NCBI GenBank assembly: GCA_013152925.1
Contig: JAADFK010000118.1
Coordinates: 1 to 59,083 of the forward strand
Direction: 5' to 3'
DNA from: Acidobacteriota bacterium
GTDB taxonomy: Bacteria; Acidobacteriota; Thermoanaerobaculia; Thermoanaerobaculales; Sulfomarinibacteraceae
Length of the DNA stretch: 59,083 nt
Under the pieces are notes generated by a model. The model saw nothing but the letters and a program-made list of their open reading frames with translations, did not search any database and was not told the origin of the DNA. The position numbers and the translations under genes were made by a program. Positions 53,952 through 59,083 of this stretch are shown here, one piece after another. Every line of letters starts with the position of its first letter. The first letter of the stretch is position 1.

Positions 53952-54212
53952 TCAGCCGCAGATCCCCCGGCCTCCGTGCACCTCGGGCCGGCGGTCGCGC
54001 AGGAAGAGGCGCCGGGCGTGCGACCGCTCCACTTGGGCGAGGTCAAGCTCACAGGGCAGTGTCTCGCTGGTCCCGCGCCCCGTCCTCGCGACGACCCGTC
54101 CCGCTGGCTCGCAGGCGAATGGCTCCCCGGTGAGCTCCAGACACTCCTCCCGGCCCGCCCGGTTGACCTCCCGGTCCTCCGTGGCCCGTTGCTGTGAACG
54201 AGCGATCCTCAT
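53952..54212 (-). pseudogene. Internally deleted carbon-nitrogen hydrolase (nitrilase family) remnant
   Basis: MRIA.SQQRATEDRE.N (family N-terminus) is joined directly to NR.G.E..LE..GE.F...P.G.VVA...LDL..V..SHARRLFLRDRRPE (family C-terminus); the catalytic core is absent. Confidence 0.65.
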
Positions 54213-54397
54213 CTCCCGCCTCCCGCCTCCCATGATCCCATGTCCCGGTTTCCGCCCCATTCCCGCCTCGTCCGGCGCCGTGCCAGCCGGGCATCGCTCA
54301 CCGCAAGAGACACACGGCACCGGCATGGCCGGGACCGGAAGCCCGGCGTTCAACACGGCCCGCGTGGGGTTCCGGGCGGCTGCTACCATGGGTTCAG

Positions 54398-55858
54398 ATG
54401 GTATTCGGATTCCTGGGCGTGGCGGTGGCGGGGCTGATCCTCCTCGGACGCGTGGTGGAGTGGCCCTTCCTCCGCCGCTTGACCGGGGTGCTGGCCCTGG
54501 TGGCCCTCGCCTGCTGGGCCGAGTGGGGCGCCGTCGTGTTCTCGGTGGCTGGAAACTTCCGCCGGTGGATCGACGCAGGTGTCGTGGTTGCCGTGGGCCT
54601 TCTGATCGTCCGCGGTGCCCTGATCCTCCTCTTCGAGTGGCTGATGGAGGGCCGCCTCGGCCTCGGTGTACCCCGCCTGGCCCGGGACGTCGTGGGCCTG
54701 GTGGTCTACCTCCTGGTGGTGGCGGGGGTGCTCCACGCCGTCCTCGGTGTGGAGATCAAGGGGCTGCTGGCAACCTCGGCCGTGGTGACGGTCGTCATCG
54801 GGCTGGCGCTGCAGGAGACTCTGGGGACCCTCCTGGCCGGCCTGACCCTGACCTGGGAGCAGCAGCTCCAGCGGGGAACCTGGGTCGAGCTGGAGGGCAA
54901 GACCGGCCGCGTGGAAGAGCTGGGGTGGAGGTCGTTGACCCTGAGGACCTTGCTGGGGGAGCGCCTGCTGATTCCCAACTCGACGGTGTCCCGCTCCGAG
55001 ATCCGGGTGCTGGGAACGGGCGCCAGGCCCGCGGCCGTACCCGTGACGCTCGGCGTGTCGTACGGCGTACCCCCCGATCGGGTCAAGGAGGTGCTCGCCC
55101 CCGTGCTGGCCGACCTTCCCATGGCAGCCTCGCGGCCGGCTCCGCAGGTGCTGGTGCGGGAGCTCGGAGAGAGCGCCATCCTCTACGAGTGCCGCGTGTG
55201 GACGCTTCAGCCGTGGCGGAAGCCGGAGATCACGGACACGGTGTTGACCAGAGCGTGCGCCGCCCTGGCGCGGGCTGGAATGGAGATCCCCTTCCCGCAA
55301 CGCACGATCCACGTGCGGAGGGACCGGGAGCCCGAAGACCCCGGCGTCCTCGCCCGGAAGGCCCTGGCGTCCAGCACCCTCTTCGCCGGCCTCCCGGACG
55401 ACGCCCTCGACCGTCTGGCCGCCCACTCACGGTGGCTTCGCTTCGCGGCGGGCGAGGCCGTGATTCGCGAGGGGGAGGACTCCCGGGCCATGTACCTCAT
55501 CGCCCATGGAACAGCGTCGGTGCTGCAGAACGGGAAGGAGCTGGCCCACCTTGGAGACGGGGAGCTCTTCGGCGAGATCGCCTTCCTGACCGGCCAGCGC
55601 CGTTCGGCCACGATCCGGGCCGCCGGCGAGCTCACCATCGTGGAGATCGACGGTGTCGCCTTGGCGGCCCTCCTGGAGCGCCGCCCCGACCTGGCCGAAG
55701 AGCTGGAGCGCCGCATGGCCATGCGGCTCGAGGACCTCGGCCAGGCTCGAATGCGGGGCGAGAGCACGGAGCTCGAGGTGGGCATTCTGCAGCAGCTCGG
55801 TTTGCGCCTTCGCCGCCTGGTGAGCGGTGGCCACGACGCCGGCGCTTCCGAAAGCTGA
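54398..55858 (+). CDS. MscS-family mechanosensitive channel with C-terminal cNMP-binding domain
   Basis: TSAV..VVIGLALQETLG, G.V.E.GWRS, IPNS, IPFPQR; cNMP motif LFGEIAFLTGQRRSATI. Confidence 0.92.
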   Translation: MVFGFLGVAVAGLILLGRVVEWPFLRRLTGVLALVALACWAEWGAVVFSVAGNFRRWIDAGVVVAVGLLIVRGALILLFEWLMEGRLGLGVPRLARDVVGLVVYLLVVAGVLHAVLGVEIKGLLATSAVVTVVIGLALQETLGTLLAGLTLTWEQQLQRGTWVELEGKTGRVEELGWRSLTLRTLLGERLLIPNSTVSRSEIRVLGTGARPAAVPVTLGVSYGVPPDRVKEVLAPVLADLPMAASRPAPQVLVRELGESAILYECRVWTLQPWRKPEITDTVLTRACAALARAGMEIPFPQRTIHVRRDREPEDPGVLARKALASSTLFAGLPDDALDRLAAHSRWLRFAAGEAVIREGEDSRAMYLIAHGTASVLQNGKELAHLGDGELFGEIAFLTGQRRSATIRAAGELTIVEIDGVALAALLERRPDLAEELERRMAMRLEDLGQARMRGESTELEVGILQQLGLRLRRLVSGGHDAGASES

Positions 55859-55971
55859 GGCCCCGGGGCCGTGCGGGCCTCCGTCCCGTGGCCCCCGCCG
55901 CCCTCCGCGCCGGCTTCACGGTCCCTTGCCGAGTGGTGCGGCCGTGGCGCCTCGTGCTGTAGGATGACGTC

Positions 55972-57207
55972 ATGACGAGGCTCGCCGACGCGGTGCACAC
56001 CTGGAGGAAGGTCCTGGCCGGGGCTGGCATCGTGGTCTTGGTGTCGCTCGGAGGCGCTGACCTCGCCGCGCAGGAGCAACCCTCCCGGATCCCACAGGCG
56101 GCCACGCCGGCCGTGGCAACCGGTCCTGCGGGCGCGACGGCTCCCGAAGCCGTGGCTCCGGAGCCCGCCGGGCCGGGTGGTGACAACGCGGCGGCGAGCG
56201 CCGAGGGCACGAAAAAGACCGGCTTCGTCGGCCTGCCCATCCCCATCGCCAACCCGACGCTGCAACAGGGCCTGGCGCTGGTCGGCGCCGCCCTCTACCA
56301 TCTGGGCCAGGACGCCCCGGCCTCGATGACGGGGGTGGGCGCCCTGTACACCTCCACCAAGAGCTGGGGTTACGGTCTGATACAGAAGGTCTACACCTCC
56401 CACGACCGGTGGCGGATCACGGCGGGCGCCCTCCGCCTCAAGCTCAACCTCCGGTTCTACGGCATCGGGGCGAACCCTGGTCCCGACGATCCCTACCTCC
56501 CATTCTCCCTGGACGGCAAGGTTTACGGCGCCCAGGTGCTCCGGAGCCTCGGGAAGCACGCCTATCTGGGCGCCGGGTACATCTACCTCTCCAACACGAC
56601 GGCCTTCGATTTCAAGAACGGTCTCCCCGAAGCTCCCCCCGGGGACCTCGGCCTCGAGCAATCGGTGGCCGTCCTTTCCCTGCCCTTCCTGTGGGATACG
56701 CGGGACAATCTCCTCAACCCGAAGCAGGGCAACTACCTCAATGTCACCGCCATCCTCTCCGACCCCGGCATCGGCAGCGATGTGACCTTCCAGCAGTACC
56801 GCTTCGGTTACAACCACTACGCCCGTCTCAACGACCGCATGGTCCTGGCTGTCCGCGGAACGGCCTGCGACACCCGCGACAGGGCGCCCTTTTATCTCCT
56901 GTGCACACTGGGAGCCGGCGACGGCCTGCGCGGTTTCCCGACCGAGGTCTACTGGAGCGGCTCCACCGCCGCGGGCGTGGCCGAGTGGCGCTGGAGCTTC
57001 GCGGGCCGCTGGGGCATGGTCGCCTTCGCCGGCGCCGGCGCCACCGGCCGCAAGATCACCGATCTCAAGCTCGACGACGTGGTCCCGAGCTACGGCGCCG
57101 GTATCCGCTTCATGATGGCCAAGGATTACGGCGTCAACATTGGTATCGACTACGGCCGCAGTCACGGCCGTGATGCGATCTACTTTCGCGTCGGCGAGGC
57201 CTTCTGA
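55972..57207 (+). CDS. Omp85/BamA-TamA-like outer-membrane barrel without POTRA domains
   Basis: Signal peptide, Pro/Ala linker, WDTRDN..NP..G, LRGF, YGAGIRF, C-terminal GEAF. Confidence 0.8.
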   Translation: MTRLADAVHTWRKVLAGAGIVVLVSLGGADLAAQEQPSRIPQAATPAVATGPAGATAPEAVAPEPAGPGGDNAAASAEGTKKTGFVGLPIPIANPTLQQGLALVGAALYHLGQDAPASMTGVGALYTSTKSWGYGLIQKVYTSHDRWRITAGALRLKLNLRFYGIGANPGPDDPYLPFSLDGKVYGAQVLRSLGKHAYLGAGYIYLSNTTAFDFKNGLPEAPPGDLGLEQSVAVLSLPFLWDTRDNLLNPKQGNYLNVTAILSDPGIGSDVTFQQYRFGYNHYARLNDRMVLAVRGTACDTRDRAPFYLLCTLGAGDGLRGFPTEVYWSGSTAAGVAEWRWSFAGRWGMVAFAGAGATGRKITDLKLDDVVPSYGAGIRFMMAKDYGVNIGIDYGRSHGRDAIYFRVGEAF

Positions 57208-57300
57208 GGCGGCCGGCCCTCCTCTCGGGACCCGCATCCCCTGCCTGAGCGCTTCCAAGCCAACGGCAGCGGGAAGGCGGCTGTGAGAGCCGGAAGCACC

Positions 57301-59083
57301 TCACCCCTCCTGGAGGGCGCGAACGCTGAGGGGGCCGAGACCGAGGGTGGCGACGGCCTCAGCGGCGGCGTGGGCGCCGGGGATGGTGGTCAGGTAGGGG
57401 ACGCCGGCCTCCAGGGCGGCGCGGCGGATGGATCCGGCGTCGCGGCGGGCCCGGCGGCCCGCCGTGGTGTTGACCACCAGGGCGATCTCGCCGGCAGCCA
57501 GGAGCGAGGGGATATCGGCGTCGTGCTGGCCAACCTTGGCCACGGCCCGGACGCCAGGGATCCCGGCGGCCCCCATGGCAGCCGCCGTACCCTCGGTGGC
57601 CAGCAGCTCGAAGCCCAGCTCGCCCCAGCGGGAGGCCAGGGCGGGCAGGCGCGGCTTGTCCCGGTCGGCCAGTGAGAGCAGCACGCCGCCGGCCGAGGGC
57701 ATCCGCCAGCCCGCCGCCAGGGCGGCCTTGGCGAAGGCCTCCCCGAAGGTACGGCCCCGGCCCATGACCTCGCCCGTGGAGCGCATCTCGGGGCCTGGCA
57801 GGGGATCGACCCCAGGGAATCGCTCGAAGGGGAAGACGGGCAGCTTGACCGCCACCTCGGCGGGGATGCCGTCGTGAATGCCCAGGCCGTCCAGGCTCGC
57901 ACCGGCGCACACCCGGGCGGCCACCTCTGCCCAGGGGATCCCCGTGGCCCGCGCCAGGAAGGGCACCGTGCGGGAAGCGCGCGGGTTGGCCTCGATGATG
58001 AAGACGTGGCCCTCCTGGATGGCAAACTGGACGTTCATCAGACCGCGAACGTCGAGGGCCAGGGCCAGCAACCGTACCTGGCGGCGCAGCTCGGCCTGGA
58101 TCTCCAGGGGCAGGCTGACGGGGGGCGTGACGGCGGCCGAGTCGCCCGAGTGGACGCCGGCCTCCTCGATATGCTCGAGGATGCCGCAGATGGCCACGCG
58201 GCGTCCGTCGGCCACGGCGTCCACGTCGACCTCCACGGCCCGCTCCAGGTACCGGTCCACGAGGACGGGCCGGTCGGGATCCACGGCGGCGGCCCGCTCC
58301 AGGTAATCCACCAGGTCCTCGTCGGCGTAGACGATCTCCATGGCCCGGCCGCCGAGGACGTAGGAGGGCCTGACAAGGACCGGGTAGCCAAGCTCCGCCG
58401 CCACGGCCAGGGCGTCCTTGGTGGAGGTGACCACGCGCCCCGGCGGCTGGGCCAGGCGCAAACCGGCCAGCAGCTCGCCGAAACGGCCCCGGTCCTCGGC
58501 GCGGTCGATGGCCTCCCGGCCCGTGCCCATGACGGGGACGCCGGCGGTTTCGAGATCGGCCGCCAGGCCCAGGGGCGTCTGACCCCCCAGCTGGACGATG
58601 ACGCCCACGGGACGCTCGGCGGCGCAGATGTCCAGCACGTCCTCGCGGTGGAGGGGGTCGAAGTGAAGGCGGTCGGCCGCGTCATAGTCCGTGGAAACGG
58701 TCTCGGGGTTGCAGTTGACCATGACGGCCTCGAAGCCTTCGGCGTTGAGCCCGGCCACGGCCTCCACGCAGCAGGTGTCGAACTCGATGCCCTGGCCGAT
58801 GCGGACGGGACCGCCACCGAGTATCAGCACGGGCCGGCGGGTCCGCGGGAGCTCGTCACCGTCGCCGAAGGAGCCGTAGAGGTAGGGTGTCTGCGCGGCG
58901 AACTCGGCGGCGCAGGTGTCCACCCGGCGGCGGACCCGCGTGATCCCGAGCTCCACACGCTCCCGGCGGACCCCCGCCTCCGTGCGGCCCCAGAGGCGGG
59001 CCAGCTGGGCGTCCGCGAGGCCCAACCGCTTGGCCGCCTCCAGCGCCTCGGGATCGCCCGCCCGCGCCCGGAGCGCCGCCTCC
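57301..59083 (-). CDS. carB: Carbamoyl-phosphate synthase large subunit (5' end outside the window)
   Basis: VDTCAAEF, GGGPVRIGQGIEFD, NCNPETVSTDYD, RPSYVLGGRAM, GVHSGDS, NPRASRTVPF, MGS-like tail. Confidence 0.95.
   Translation of the reverse strand, partial: EAALRARAGDPEALEAAKRLGLADAQLARLWGRTEAGVRRERVELGITRVRRRVDTCAAEFAAQTPYLYGSFGDGDELPRTRRPVLILGGGPVRIGQGIEFDTCCVEAVAGLNAEGFEAVMVNCNPETVSTDYDAADRLHFDPLHREDVLDICAAERPVGVIVQLGGQTPLGLAADLETAGVPVMGTGREAIDRAEDRGRFGELLAGLRLAQPPGRVVTSTKDALAVAAELGYPVLVRPSYVLGGRAMEIVYADEDLVDYLERAAAVDPDRPVLVDRYLERAVEVDVDAVADGRRVAICGILEHIEEAGVHSGDSAAVTPPVSLPLEIQAELRRQVRLLALALDVRGLMNVQFAIQEGHVFIIEANPRASRTVPFLARATGIPWAEVAARVCAGASLDGLGIHDGIPAEVAVKLPVFPFERFPGVDPLPGPEMRSTGEVMGRGRTFGEAFAKAALAAGWRMPSAGGVLLSLADRDKPRLPALASRWGELGFELLATEGTAAAMGAAGIPGVRAVAKVGQHDADIPSLLAAGEIALVVNTTAGRRARRDAGSIRRAALEAGVPYLTTIPGAHAAAEAVATLGLGPLSVRALQEG

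Noticed and set aside
55972-57207. Omp85-like barrel as the missing B12 receptor or a cytochrome porin
   Set aside because: It has no TonB plug, lies far from both loci, and POTRA-less Omp85 barrels are common.

Overview
High-GC bacterial window, plausibly Acidobacteriota or a deltaproteobacterial-like lineage (inferred from gene content only). It contains four blocks. (1) 1-11.9 kb, minus strand: a copper/silver efflux island with cusCBA-like RND genes, a PII-like protein, three DUF3347-like periplasmic proteins, a HAMP protein, an ICMT-family methyltransferase, an FAD oxidoreductase and a DUF2933-like protein. (2) 12.1-37.4 kb, the main discovery: a ~25 kb multiheme cytochrome island of 10 multiheme cytochromes with about 84 heme-binding motifs counted by eye. 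It includes three OmcE-like nanowire-subunit paralogs (one with an extra fifth heme), two NHL beta-propeller lipoproteins, a beta-barrel and a PPIase. It also has a heme-binding sensor kinase paired with a sigma54 activator, five sigma54-type promoters with a recurring TGGGG-N6-CCCCA palindrome, and HD-GYP/GGDEF enzymes at its edge. One 1.1-kaa ORF looks like a polyprotein: an internal IPTL-CTERM anchor is followed directly by a second signal peptide and a pentaheme cytochrome. (3) 37.7-48.8 kb: GGDEF, DUF4388-GAF, GT-C, nested palindromic MITE/REP-like repeats, gdhA with a Rex/CRP-type box, a cobalamin riboswitch with a btuFCD-like ABC transporter, and GT4. (4) 48.8-59.1 kb: erythromycin-esterase family protein, qNor with a divergent Rrf2 regulator, YaiI, an internally deleted nitrilase pseudogene, MscS-cNMP, an Omp85-like barrel and the 3' part of carB. 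All family calls come from motif recognition; no database search was run.
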